IMG/VR virus record: IMGVR_UViG_3300022562_001204
Location: 78,551-142,550 of that record
Reading direction: 5' to 3' (one strand)
Source of the DNA: a virus
Lineage: Duplodnaviria; Heunggongvirae; Uroviricota; Caudoviricetes
Length of the DNA: 64,000 nt
Shown here one piece after another: positions 17,389 to 27,086 of the stretch (positions within the stretch are counted from its first letter, which is position 1; each line of letters begins with the position of its first letter). The notes below the pieces were generated by a model. That model had not been told where the DNA came from. It did not search any database and saw only the letters and a program-made list of their open reading frames with translations. Both the position numbers and the translations under genes were made by a program.

Positions 17389-17865
17389 TCACGCGAAGTA
17401 CGGGGACGAGATGACCCCCATTTCGACCAGCAGACGGACGCCCGTCTCGGTCAGGGGCAGGTGAATCACCTCGCTTCCTCGAGGTTCGTTGGTTGAAGTC
17501 CGGCGTTGTACCATGATTTCCACGTAGTGAACTGTCATGTCCGTCACTCGAAACCGCAGACACCCCATGTCCCAGACAGAATCCCTGGAGATGTCAAGCT
17601 TTTCGTTCACGTCCTCATAGGACGAACGATCTTCCCATGGTTGCTCCTTAGGCAGGAGCTCCGCCAGCGGGGCGTAGTACGGACGGCATCCCACATCGAT
17701 CCCGTTGACGTCAGCCGTGACGTGGTAAGCCACGTTACAGGCCGTGGTCAGCCGGATCCCCAGTTCAGCGATGGAGTCCTTGAGACTGAGGGAGGAGCTG
17801 TAGGCATCTACGAACACCGCCTTATCTTCCAGCTTGATGACATTTTCAGCAACAGCCATGTGCAC
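17389..17865 (-). CDS. hypothetical protein (158 aa)
   Basis: The track start is GTG 17865. The ATG at 17859 (MAVAENV), 7 nt after AAGGAG, is more likely. TGA stop. Confidence 0.5.
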   Translation of the reverse strand: MHMAVAENVIKLEDKAVFVDAYSSSLSLKDSIAELGIRLTTACNVAYHVTADVNGIDVGCRPYYAPLAELLPKEQPWEDRSSYEDVNEKLDISRDSVWDMGCLRFRVTDMTVHYVEIMVQRRTSTNEPRGSEVIHLPLTETGVRLLVEMGVISSPYFA

Positions 17866-17866
17866 A

Positions 17867-17880
17867 CTCCTTTATATATG
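17867..17880 (-). promoter_or_regulatory. CATATATAAAGGAG gene-start motif before 17389..17865
   Basis: Exact ctcctttatatatg, 3' of the hairpin at 17891..17916. Confidence 0.4.
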
Positions 17881-17890
17881 TCAGTATAGC

Positions 17891-17916
17891 AGAGTAGGGT
17901 GGATCCACCCTACTCT
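17891..17916. terminator. stem-loop agagtagggtgg-at-ccaccctactct
   Basis: 12-bp perfect stem located between the stop at 17929 and the A/T box plus SD at 17867..17880. Confidence 0.4.
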
Positions 17917-17928
17917 GTAGAGACCCGC

Positions 17929-19527
17929 TCAGTACCCCGTGATCTGATAGTTGATCTGTCGACCGTCCACCATGGCCTGGAGGGTCAATGGAGTCGTGCA
18001 GTTCTTTCCGACCGCCATCATAACAACCGACTCCCCGGGCGTTGAAGGACCAAGCCTCCTGCCATCACTCATTTGTTCGACAACCTTACGGACCGGATAC
18101 AATTCCGGAATGGTGCGTTCCGGAAAGATAGAGCCTGAGGTCTCGAACCTCAGGTAGCCGTCCTTGAGAACCAGAAACCGCTGGCTATCCGTCGAGTCTT
18201 TCCCCCAACAGCTTGGGATCGTGATGACACCTCCCACCTCAACAGGTTCTTCGCGTAACAGCCCCCATGTCTTATGTTCGACTGGGTAGGACAGCGTAAA
18301 ACTGACAAAGTGGTTTCCGTGAGAGAAGATACATGGAGCTTCCGGGTAGACTGCCGTGGTCAGACTGTGGGCGCCCACGAAGTAATCCCCAGTCGGTACA
18401 AACAGCAGCTTCGTCACTCTCGGAAGGATATCTTTCTCGAAATCGCGCCAGATGAGAGACCTGCCGTCGATCGGCCCGCTGTCACCAACGTTGTTGGCAG
18501 ATTTCTTGAGTCCCAGTAAGATGTCCTCCTTCTCCTGGACGACCTCGACAACCGGTTTCCAGACGAACCCTTCTTCCGGGATGTCTGAGAACGTTGCCAG
18601 TCGGCGTTCGAAGGACTTGGCTAGTCCAAGCTCGTCGACTATCTTTGACGCCTGCTCCAGGGTACCGTCGGATGCTACACTTGTGGGGCGCATGTAGACG
18701 GTCGGCTTCGTACGTTCCAGGAAATTCTTCTTGGCCGTACTGTACCCAACCCGGGAACAGTCATCGAGGTAAACCCCTACCACCGACATGGCAATATGGA
18801 TATACGCCGATGATTTTGTACCCACTTCACGCCAGATCAGGTTCTCACGGACGTTCCCCCGCGCTTTCTTCAGTTTGGCTTTGAGCACTTCAAGCCACTG
18901 AACTACCAGCGACTGGAACTCAAACTTCCTGAGCGCTGAGTCGAAAGCAAACTGCTGACTGGCCTGCTTGATGACCAGTTCCGAGGTCGTGTTGATAAAC
19001 CGACTGAGAGTATCGTGAGTCTGGATGGACTCGCGCATGTCGGCGGATGCCGTGCTAATACGGAGGGATGACCTGAAGTAACCATTGACGGGGACCGAGA
19101 GGTGATCGAAGCCACCGCTGGTCTCAACCCCAAGCATTTTCTGTCGGTTCCCAAGCTTATCCGAGCCTTTGATGTAGAAAACTGACCGAATCTTAGCGGA
19201 TTCGACCAGCTTCTTCAGGTTTCGAACGGCGTTCTGGTACTCTTCCGGGCAGGTCTGGGTTTCCGTCTCCAACTGCCACAGCAGAGACACCACCTCACCA
19301 GTCTCAGTGATGGTTGCCAGGCTACCGTACTGCTCCAGGAAGGATAGGCAGCAGGTACAGACGAACTCCGGGCAGGCTTCCTCCGGGAAGCCCAGCAGGT
19401 ACGCGTCGTTCAATACGACCTTCTTGATGTTCATCACAAATACCGGCGTATCGGTCGTCATCTTGCTGTCCAGAACATGCCGGATGTACTGGACGAAGTT
19501 GTGGAAATTGTTGGTTTCGATTGTCAT
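17929..19527 (-). CDS. large hypothetical protein (~532 aa)
   Basis: The ORF track extends to a TTG at 19605. The ATG at 19527 (MTIETNNFHNF) follows GAAAAGGAAAGATCACC. TGA stop. No motif recognised. Confidence 0.5.
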   Translation of the reverse strand: MTIETNNFHNFVQYIRHVLDSKMTTDTPVFVMNIKKVVLNDAYLLGFPEEACPEFVCTCCLSFLEQYGSLATITETGEVVSLLWQLETETQTCPEEYQNAVRNLKKLVESAKIRSVFYIKGSDKLGNRQKMLGVETSGGFDHLSVPVNGYFRSSLRISTASADMRESIQTHDTLSRFINTTSELVIKQASQQFAFDSALRKFEFQSLVVQWLEVLKAKLKKARGNVRENLIWREVGTKSSAYIHIAMSVVGVYLDDCSRVGYSTAKKNFLERTKPTVYMRPTSVASDGTLEQASKIVDELGLAKSFERRLATFSDIPEEGFVWKPVVEVVQEKEDILLGLKKSANNVGDSGPIDGRSLIWRDFEKDILPRVTKLLFVPTGDYFVGAHSLTTAVYPEAPCIFSHGNHFVSFTLSYPVEHKTWGLLREEPVEVGGVITIPSCWGKDSTDSQRFLVLKDGYLRFETSGSIFPERTIPELYPVRKVVEQMSDGRRLGPSTPGESVVMMAVGKNCTTPLTLQAMVDGRQINYQITGY

Positions 19528-19601
19528 GGTGATCTTTCCTTTTCTTTGGTCTTTGTGTGTGTCTACAGATTGACGGCTGCTTGGGATAAAGTCAGGGTTA
19601 A

Positions 19602-20042
19602 TCAAAACTGACGGGTACGAAAGCCCCGTCTGAGCCCCTCATTTGTTCTGGGAATAGCGAACACACCAAGTTGAATGGGGTCGCAGAGGCTGTGCTGCTG
19701 GTGGTGTACGACCAGGTAGAGCATGTCCTTGGTCGCCGAAGCAATGGAGAGGGTGTACCCACCGTAGTGGACCTTCCCCTTATCCTGGATGACATACCCA
19801 GTGGGTAGCTTCCCACTGAGTCTGCGTAGGGCAAGCAACTCTCGGTCATAGAGGGACGTCCTCACCGATACACTCGGTGAGGACGGGAGCCACATCTTGA
19901 TACCGTAACGATGCCCCGTGTGAATCAGGACCGTATCGGACGTCGAGCCCGGGATGACCCAGACCTTGACTGCCCAAATACGGTCCGCCCAACGCCTCCA
20001 TGCGAGGTACAGCCAGTTCAGACAGTAGGCCAGGGTCATCAT
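19602..20042 (-). CDS. hypothetical protein (146 aa)
   Basis: ATGATG start after GGGGAGTAAGGAACC. TGA stop. Confidence 0.45.
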   Translation of the reverse strand: MMTLAYCLNWLYLAWRRWADRIWAVKVWVIPGSTSDTVLIHTGHRYGIKMWLPSSPSVSVRTSLYDRELLALRRLSGKLPTGYVIQDKGKVHYGGYTLSIASATKDMLYLVVHHQQHSLCDPIQLGVFAIPRTNEGLRRGFRTRQF

Positions 20043-20048
20043 GGTTCC

Positions 20049-20669
20049 TTACTCCCCGGGTTCGTTGTTGCCGGGATTGGCCGGGTCGTCTTCAAGACCA
20101 ACCCCAACAAACGGTCCCGTGCGGTTCATGAAGGGACCCTGATTGGTAGCCCACGGCAGGATTCCTGAGCCTGGCCCATACCACGCGGGGGCACCTTCTC
20201 CCGGTGGGACTATGCCGTGGTTGTGACGAAGCGGACGTCCAAACACAGCCGTCTTGTTCAGATAATCGCTGTTCATCAGCTCCCCGATACCCTTGAAACT
20301 CAGGGGAACATTCAGCACATAGGGCTGGTTCCAGTTTTTGGATTCCAGGAGAACCGAGCAGTCGTCTTCATTCAGACGAAGAAGCGTCGTGCGAACACCC
20401 GTTTTCGTTTCGAGCGTTGTCGCGCCGATACCTTCTTCCAACGACAGTATCGATGAGGGATCCTGGGACGGGTCCCGGAAAAGCTCCATTATCTCCCTGT
20501 CGAACAACTGTACCCCGATAGTGGGTACGAAATTGGGGTAAGTCTGCAGTTTCTGTACTTCGAAACAGATCCCGTACCGGAATCCTGACCGACACACCAG
20601 GATGTCACTTTTGATCAAGTCAGCGACCATCGAGATGGTCAACGTGTCTCCGCGTGATTCTTCGAACAT
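20049..20669 (-). CDS. hypothetical protein with Gly/Pro-rich C-terminus
   Basis: 206 aa with TAAATAAAGGAG before the ATG and a TAA stop. Confidence 0.5.
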   Translation of the reverse strand: MFEESRGDTLTISMVADLIKSDILVCRSGFRYGICFEVQKLQTYPNFVPTIGVQLFDREIMELFRDPSQDPSSILSLEEGIGATTLETKTGVRTTLLRLNEDDCSVLLESKNWNQPYVLNVPLSFKGIGELMNSDYLNKTAVFGRPLRHNHGIVPPGEGAPAWYGPGSGILPWATNQGPFMNRTGPFVGVGLEDDPANPGNNEPGE

Positions 20670-20685
20670 GGCGGTACTCCTTTAT

Positions 20686-21678
20686 TTAGAAATCGTTGCT
20701 GAAGGTCGTCCCTTGGATCGATACGAGCCTCGGGGTGGCGGGTGGTGGAGGACATCCTTCTACACCGAACAGCACGTTATGTGGCAGAAGGCACCGTTCT
20801 GTCATCCACATCCCGCTCTCTTCGGTGGTTCTCGGGATCATTACTAACCTGGTTGCATTCCAGGGTTCTAGAGGACAATCTCTCGAAATGCGGAGAACGT
20901 CCCAATTCAGGTGTCTTCCGATAACCTGTACGGCTACCGAGTTCGGAAGAATCGTGAGGTTGTTGGGGAGTTTGATAACGCCCCTCTCATCTGGGGGCAT
21001 CGACCAGAGGGACTCCGGGGCCGTGATGGCATGGTCGCAATGGTGGTCGAACAACCTGGGGAGACTGATTCTGGTACGGACTCCTTCTGGTGACAGGACG
21101 TTCAGACGAGTGTCACCAGCATTCGGCGGGTGAAAGAACAGACCAACCCCTCGTTGAACCATCCCCGCCCGAAACTTGGCCCATTGAGCGCAACAGGTCT
21201 CTTTAATGCCCTGGAGAATAGTTTTCCAGGGTTCTTCAACACTGGTCGTTTGAGACCACGGCTCCCACTGTTCACGATCTGGCTGGATGACACTGGGTAG
21301 GTAATGCAGATCCTTCTCCAGGCATTCTGTATACACCTTACCATTTTGTTCGTACATCCTCAAAATGCGTAGACGGTTGACAGGGTAGCCGGGGTTAACG
21401 AAGACTGCATTTTGTAGAAGATAAAGACTGACCTCCATGTTCTCATTCACCGCATAGCTGAGCATGTGCGGAACCTGGACGGGATAGCCCACCGTATCGA
21501 CGACAGACAGTTCAAGCTGATCGTTGATCCCGACGTTTGGAATAAGTTTGTAGTCACGGGGATTATCGCCGGGCATCTCAAGGAGCTCTCTGAGTAGCTC
21601 ATTGGTTATTCCGTACAGTCCGACAACTACCGGATTTTGAGGAACCAGACCAGGCTCCATGTACATTCCTGCTTCCAC
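20686..21678 (-). CDS. family-A paralog (conserved C-terminal SPEGVRTR...LIPRT domain)
   Basis: 330 aa. The C-terminus reads LSPEGVRTRISLPRLFDHHCDHA...RLVMIPRT. TAA stop. Confidence 0.5.
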   Translation of the reverse strand: MEAGMYMEPGLVPQNPVVVGLYGITNELLRELLEMPGDNPRDYKLIPNVGINDQLELSVVDTVGYPVQVPHMLSYAVNENMEVSLYLLQNAVFVNPGYPVNRLRILRMYEQNGKVYTECLEKDLHYLPSVIQPDREQWEPWSQTTSVEEPWKTILQGIKETCCAQWAKFRAGMVQRGVGLFFHPPNAGDTRLNVLSPEGVRTRISLPRLFDHHCDHAITAPESLWSMPPDERGVIKLPNNLTILPNSVAVQVIGRHLNWDVLRISRDCPLEPWNATRLVMIPRTTEESGMWMTERCLLPHNVLFGVEGCPPPPATPRLVSIQGTTFSNDF

Positions 21679-21691
21679 GGGGGCTTCCTTA

Positions 21692-22234
21692 TTAAAGAGG
21701 TGCTGGGGGTGGTTCTAATGGCGTTAGAGCATTCTGAGCCATACTCTGTTTCCAGGCTCGGTATGCACTTTCAGCGATTGGAGAGACGGCGTTCCAGACC
21801 TTCCTGTCGGTTTCTGATCTGATTGCAGAAGGTGGAAACCAGTTCTGCTCAGTCAGTTTGACGACATATGGCTTCATACTTACGCTGGGGTACGAAACAT
21901 ATGACCTCAAACACCCTGGGCCCTCCATTTGCAATGCCAGAAGGCTAATTGACAGGAAGGGAGTGCCATATGGACTGTAAGGCACACTTGTCAAGGCGTA
22001 TACGACGATACTGCCATCGGCATAGACTGTGTACCATACGCCATATGGCACAGTTACTGAGTAGATGGACGCATCAAAGATGCAGAGTAAAGGTTCGCCA
22101 CTCATCTCGTTGATCAGAACCCCGGCATACTTCCCGAGATACGCACCGTACTGTTCCTTGAAGATCTGGTGCAGTTCACCGGTGAGCTCGAAGAAGCCAG
22201 AGACCACTGGAGGTCCGGATTGGTCACTTCTCAT
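21692..22234 (-). CDS. hypothetical protein (180 aa)
   Basis: ATG at 22234 after CATATTTAAAGGAG. TAA stop. Confidence 0.5.
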   Translation of the reverse strand: MRSDQSGPPVVSGFFELTGELHQIFKEQYGAYLGKYAGVLINEMSGEPLLCIFDASIYSVTVPYGVWYTVYADGSIVVYALTSVPYSPYGTPFLSISLLALQMEGPGCLRSYVSYPSVSMKPYVVKLTEQNWFPPSAIRSETDRKVWNAVSPIAESAYRAWKQSMAQNALTPLEPPPAPL

Positions 22235-22239
22235 AACTA

Positions 22240-22253
22240 CTCCTTTAAATATG
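22240..22253 (-). promoter_or_regulatory. CATATTTAAAGGAG gene-start motif before 21692..22234
   Basis: Plus strand reads ctcctttaaatatg, 3' of the hairpin at 22258..22279. Confidence 0.35.
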
Positions 22254-22285
22254 TAAGGGGTAGTCCCTATGGGACTACCTTGTGG

Positions 22286-23398
22286 TCAGGCCAGCTTCTT
22301 GATCCAGGGCGGGCACTCTTGTTCCGTTACCTTGATGGCGGTCGACGGGTCGAACAGGCATTCATGCAGCAAGATGCTCCCGCCGTGCTGGGCGATCGTT
22401 TCCGATGCTGCCTGGACGGTCCTGGGGATCAGCACTACCCTCAGCCCCAGAGGGGGCTGGGCCAGGATATGACAGATATCCCAGTCAAAGTAGCGTCCTG
22501 TCGAATAGACCGCCACTCCGTTGACCAATGGGGAGGTATCCACCTCAGTGGGTAATGCCCGCCAATCCGAGGAGGACCCATAGGAACTGCGTCGTTCGTC
22601 CTCGGTGATCGGCCAGAGCGACAGCGGGGACATGAAGGCATGGTTCGCATCCCCTCGGAACAACCCAGGAAGGTGGACACGAGTACGGACACCTTCGGGG
22701 GATACGAAGTCCAAGAACTCATGATACTGCATGGCGGGCCTGATGTTCAGAGGGAGCTGTCGAAGGTCGACCGTTTCGTCTTCTGGTTCGGATTTCATTG
22801 TATCGAGATGTTCGGACTTGCTATGCTCTAGACAAATATGTTTCAAGTAGTCGAGCGAGACGCGAGGAATAGTATTACGGTAGAAGCGCCGAAGCCCGGC
22901 ACTGACCTCATAGTTACGCCATCCATGCGCCTCCGTGGGTACCAGGCCTAGCGGGTCGCAGGTTTGCACATCCCTGATTTTAGCGTAGAACCCGGAGCCA
23001 TCAGTCGTTATGTCGTCGATAACCGCGGTCATACGGAGCCATTTAAACTGATACTCGACCCCGGCGAGATGAGACGTTCCCTTTATCAAAACGTAGATGC
23101 TGAACCGATGTTTCGAATCAACCGTGAAATTGACGTCATAGGTGTTACTTTCGACCCTTTTATCGGCGACCATCATGAGTTCCTGGCCATTTCGAATAGC
23201 TAACTTTCCCACATAGTCCGAGGGTTCCTCATGACACTCCTCGAGTATACGGTCATACTCAGACTTAGTGAGTTTGATCGACCCGATGTATGGTAGGGGT
23301 TCTTTGCAAAGCTCGATGACCTCGGGCTCAGCCCTATCACGGACGTCCTTCTGATACTCTTCATACAGCTTCTTAGAGGTGATGAAACTGTTTTCCAC
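22286..23398 (-). CDS. family-A paralog
   Basis: 370 aa with a GTG start after the TATATAAAGGAG box. The C-terminus reads VSPEGVRTRVHLPGLF...CHILAQPPLGLRVVLIPRT. TGA stop. Confidence 0.5.
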   Translation of the reverse strand: MENSFITSKKLYEEYQKDVRDRAEPEVIELCKEPLPYIGSIKLTKSEYDRILEECHEEPSDYVGKLAIRNGQELMMVADKRVESNTYDVNFTVDSKHRFSIYVLIKGTSHLAGVEYQFKWLRMTAVIDDITTDGSGFYAKIRDVQTCDPLGLVPTEAHGWRNYEVSAGLRRFYRNTIPRVSLDYLKHICLEHSKSEHLDTMKSEPEDETVDLRQLPLNIRPAMQYHEFLDFVSPEGVRTRVHLPGLFRGDANHAFMSPLSLWPITEDERRSSYGSSSDWRALPTEVDTSPLVNGVAVYSTGRYFDWDICHILAQPPLGLRVVLIPRTVQAASETIAQHGGSILLHECLFDPSTAIKVTEQECPPWIKKLA

Positions 23399-23404
23399 GA
23401 GCGA

Positions 23405-23417
23405 CTCCTTTATATAG
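23405..23417 (-). promoter_or_regulatory. CTATATAAAGGAG gene-start motif before 22286..23398
   Basis: Plus strand reads ctcctttatatag, 3' of the hairpin at 23427..23459. Confidence 0.35.
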
Positions 23418-23480
23418 CGCTGCTGACTCCCCTCGGACCTATACCGGGTCCGAGGGGAGTATTGGCTGACTTACTGAATG

Positions 23481-24569
23481 TTACAAGGGGGCGCGAGGTG
23501 TTGAACGGAGTTCGTCCGGCAGTTTCGAAGAGAACGCGCCTGCCCCGGGTATGCCGATGATGAATTGTGTTAAGATCCAGTCCGGAATGTCGCGGATGTC
23601 CATGTTCGGATACTCCTGAGATCTCCCAGGTTTGTTATGCTGAAGCAGGACCGACCTGGATCCAAGCAAACCTGTGACTGCTTGGGTAGTCCTTGGGATG
23701 AGGATGACCCGAAGACCTAACGGAGCCGGTGCGTGGATATGGCAGACTTCGTAGTCGTCGTAGGTCGCCACTCGGTAGAACCGGATACCGCCCCACTCAG
23801 ACAGATCCTCGATATCCGAAAGACGCCGCCATTCTTCGGTCAGACCTGCGTCTTCCTCAGCAGAATGGTGGTAGGCGTTGTTCCGGTAGTCATTGAACAC
23901 AGCCGGCAGGTCGATGCGGCTCCAGGTACCTTCAGGGGAGATGACATCCAGGCTTCCTGTCTCGAATCCTTTCGGTTTAAACCGAAAGGTCCCTCTCAGA
24001 GAGCTCGGACTGTGTGGACGGTTCATATCGGCCACTTCCTTGGCTATGACGGGGTTGAGGTCTTCCACGAGCGTGGCGGCGTCTTTCGGATAAAAGTGAA
24101 AGGGCCTGGATCTTCCAAGATCCTCGATGACGAGAGGTCCTGAGGAACCTTTTTCCACCAACCGAACCTGGGTTGACTCAAGGCCACGATGGATGACGAG
24201 CCAGTACGTCTTCGTCAAGTCGAGTGGTGTATCCATAAGTTTCAGAAAGGCTGCTGTATAAAAGGTCCATTCTCCTGGGGACCTGGTCAGCACCACCCCC
24301 TGACAGACATCTTGAATCGCCATTACGACAGACGAATCAAGAGTAGCATGTTTGAAATCGGGGCGTACGATATTGGTAAGGAGTACCGTCTCGTTCTCCA
24401 GAATACCGATTTTGAACGGACAGGGAATGGGACGGATACCAAAATAGACGTAGAAGTTATGAAGAATAGTTTCAATATGGCGTTTGGGAAGGTGGACGGT
24501 GATCAGACTCCCCTTCTCTTTGTCCGGATTGACCACCGTCTTGACAACGCGGATCTCATTACTATTCAT
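23481..24569 (-). CDS. family-A paralog
   Basis: 362 aa. The C-terminus reads ISPEGTWSRIDLPAVF...CHIHAPAPLGLRVILIPRT. TAA stop. Confidence 0.5.
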   Translation of the reverse strand: MNSNEIRVVKTVVNPDKEKGSLITVHLPKRHIETILHNFYVYFGIRPIPCPFKIGILENETVLLTNIVRPDFKHATLDSSVVMAIQDVCQGVVLTRSPGEWTFYTAAFLKLMDTPLDLTKTYWLVIHRGLESTQVRLVEKGSSGPLVIEDLGRSRPFHFYPKDAATLVEDLNPVIAKEVADMNRPHSPSSLRGTFRFKPKGFETGSLDVISPEGTWSRIDLPAVFNDYRNNAYHHSAEEDAGLTEEWRRLSDIEDLSEWGGIRFYRVATYDDYEVCHIHAPAPLGLRVILIPRTTQAVTGLLGSRSVLLQHNKPGRSQEYPNMDIRDIPDWILTQFIIGIPGAGAFSSKLPDELRSTPRAPL

Positions 24570-24644
24570 GATTGCTCTCCCTTAATGGAGGGGCGAACGT
24601 GGTGAACAGCCCCTTAGACCAATCGCTGGTCTGAGGGGCGGTGG

Positions 24645-25529
24645 TTAATCATCGCACCGACAGAGTGCCCGGTTGTAAACTGCATTGAAACTGAGGTGCG
24701 GATAGTCGCGATCGACAATGGCTAACTCGGTCGAGCTGTACAAAGTAGGGAACCCACGTTTTGTGGTCAAGATCCCGATGTCACCAGGGAGTTGATTACC
24801 CACGACCTCTTCACCGACTTCAACAAGCCAGTAGACATTTTCGGCTATATCAACACCCAGACATGCGAAGTTCCCGTAGGGAAGCTTCACAGTCGTCGTG
24901 CGACTCGACCCTGAGATTCTGTCCATCGGGTACGCCACATCCCACGGCGCCTCGGGTATGACGTCTAGCGTAATCCCATTATCACTTGTCGACACGATAA
25001 GGTAGCACTCTTGCAGTTTGTCAATGACCCCCTTATCCATCAGTTTGTTAACGATCTCCTGCACGGGTTCCTCGACATTGAAGCTTTTCCTGAACTCGCG
25101 GAGTTCCGGGAATGCCTTTAGCGTAAAGTTCTTGATGGACCCTCCAGCGTACATCTGTAAAGTGTCATTATCGATGATACGCTGAAGCCCCTTCAGCCGA
25201 GCATACCCCCAGTGACGTTCCTCAATCCCTCCAGGTCGCTTGACCAGGAAGGATACCCAGTAAATGGTATCCCGGGTAATGGGGAGTGTTCCGAGATACA
25301 TGACCTCGAACAGTGTCCCGCTAGTCCGGTCCTGGAAGGAGAACACCATGCCGCCGATACCTTCCCTTGCGGTCACCATCACCCCTCCTTCCTCGGAGGT
25401 CGTGATGTGCGTGGGCTGGAACTGCAAACCGGTCTCGTCGATCTCCTCAAACAACTGTTTACGGAGTCCGCTGATTTCCTGCTCGCAGCCAAGGGACTTA
25501 TAGTCTGCATCTCGATGATGGCAAAACAT
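24645..25529 (-). CDS. hypothetical protein (294 aa)
   Basis: Long ORF with a TAA stop. Confidence 0.5.
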   Translation of the reverse strand: MFCHHRDADYKSLGCEQEISGLRKQLFEEIDETGLQFQPTHITTSEEGGVMVTAREGIGGMVFSFQDRTSGTLFEVMYLGTLPITRDTIYWVSFLVKRPGGIEERHWGYARLKGLQRIIDNDTLQMYAGGSIKNFTLKAFPELREFRKSFNVEEPVQEIVNKLMDKGVIDKLQECYLIVSTSDNGITLDVIPEAPWDVAYPMDRISGSSRTTTVKLPYGNFACLGVDIAENVYWLVEVGEEVVGNQLPGDIGILTTKRGFPTLYSSTELAIVDRDYPHLSFNAVYNRALCRCDD

Positions 25530-25546
25530 GGTATTCTCCTTTTGAC

Positions 25547-26566
25547 TCAGGTGGCGTATTGGCGATACTTGTTGATGAAGAAGACGCCGTCTGTCGTGTT
25601 GTTGGCGATCATTTCACGGGCTCCTTCATCGGAGGTGGGAATGAAGACCATCTTTGGAGGGAGGTTCACCTGGGTCGTAGAAACGACCAGGACAACCAGC
25701 CCCACCTTCAGATCAATCAAATTTGAGATGAACCAACCCGTTTCTTCGAGGTAGAAACTGGTGCTCAGATAGACAATCGTTGCTGGAGAAGACGGCGGTG
25801 CCGTATGCCGGAGGTCTTCCAACTGGAAGTTGGAGGTCAGCAATCCGGGTCTGGCATCCAGATCGACGGTCAGATGGTACAGACCACCCACGCTGAAACC
25901 CACCTTGGTGGGGGCTCCTGGGACTTCGTACACGTGGAGCGCTGTCGGTTCGACCGGGCTGAAGTCAGTTTTGATGGGTTTCACACCCTCACTGAAGTCC
26001 AGCAAGTCGCCTGCTGGCGCCGGAGTGTCGATTTCTCGTTTGATGAGCGTGTAGCTTTCTGCCGACGTATACTTCTGATCAGCGGATGGCTCATAGTACC
26101 TGGCATCCAAGAGGCTCTGACCTGTCATCTTGGCAAAGACCAGATACTTCTTGTCGCCGTATTTACCCCGGGTCTGGTAGTCCCAAACCAGGTCCTCTCC
26201 GTTTCGTTCCAGAAGCGTCAGAGAAAATGAGCCCAGTTCCGTATCGGCCGTGGTAAAGGAGTACGTCTCCCCTGGCCTCACGAGGTGAATCTGAGGGTAG
26301 AGCTTGTTGTTCGGGTGCATGGCTGGAGAGCCAAGCATCACATCAAACTCTCCGATCAGAATGCACCCCGTTATGGCGCCGGAGGGTCTTTCATGACGAG
26401 AGGTCTTCGGACGAGAACTCAGTTCGATCCGGCTGTTCGGGCGCTTGAACGGTATTTTTGACACGTGGGGTTCCTCAGTAGGAATGACGCCAGGCCTCGA
26501 CGGGGGATCGAAGACGTCGCGGAAGACGTCTACGAAGAAATTCTGAAAGTTATCCAGTCTGTACAC
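25547..26566 (-). CDS. family-B paralog (C-terminal FIPTSDEG...DGVFFINK motif)
   Basis: 339 aa with a GTG start after CTAAAGGAGTCTATC and a TGA stop. Confidence 0.5.
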   Translation of the reverse strand: MYRLDNFQNFFVDVFRDVFDPPSRPGVIPTEEPHVSKIPFKRPNSRIELSSRPKTSRHERPSGAITGCILIGEFDVMLGSPAMHPNNKLYPQIHLVRPGETYSFTTADTELGSFSLTLLERNGEDLVWDYQTRGKYGDKKYLVFAKMTGQSLLDARYYEPSADQKYTSAESYTLIKREIDTPAPAGDLLDFSEGVKPIKTDFSPVEPTALHVYEVPGAPTKVGFSVGGLYHLTVDLDARPGLLTSNFQLEDLRHTAPPSSPATIVYLSTSFYLEETGWFISNLIDLKVGLVVLVVSTTQVNLPPKMVFIPTSDEGAREMIANNTTDGVFFINKYRQYAT

Positions 26567-26577
26567 GATAGACTCCT

Positions 26578-27075
26578 TTAGTCGAGTCCTTCTTCGAAAT
26601 GGTGAAATCGTACTCTTAAGCGGTTCGAACCCACCTTCTCGACGTACTGGTTGACAACATCGACGGTTTTGCTGATCTCGAGGTCAGCGCTGACCGGGAA
26701 GTAATTACAGAGATGGAGATACTCCTCGTCAGGAGGGACAACGACGATGCCGACATGTTGCTGGACGCCATCGGTCTCACGGAGAATCCACATTGCGTAC
26801 CCGTTGCGATGCGTGCACAGGGGTTGTATGGAGAACGCCGTTGCTCCCTCTTCCTGAGGTTGATAGACGCAGAAGTGCCGGCTATCGAGGTCGACAGCCT
26901 TATTTGAGGAGAGAAGACCGAGATATGGTTTTTCATTCACCAGAAGCATCCCCTCGTTTCGGAAAAGCACAAACGCCGACATCGGGGTGGCCAGCTTCTG
27001 AATGACCTCGTTGTCACGGTCATCAACCACACCGACGTACTTCATCGGAATGTTCTGGCCTGTAAGATCGGGCAC
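26578..27075 (-). CDS. hypothetical protein (165 aa)
   Basis: GTG start after TGTAAAGGAGTCTACA, a box nearly identical to that of the preceding gene. TAA stop. Confidence 0.5.
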   Translation of the reverse strand: MPDLTGQNIPMKYVGVVDDRDNEVIQKLATPMSAFVLFRNEGMLLVNEKPYLGLLSSNKAVDLDSRHFCVYQPQEEGATAFSIQPLCTHRNGYAMWILRETDGVQQHVGIVVVPPDEEYLHLCNYFPVSADLEISKTVDVVNQYVEKVGSNRLRVRFHHFEEGLD

Positions 27076-27086
27076 TGTAGACTCCT

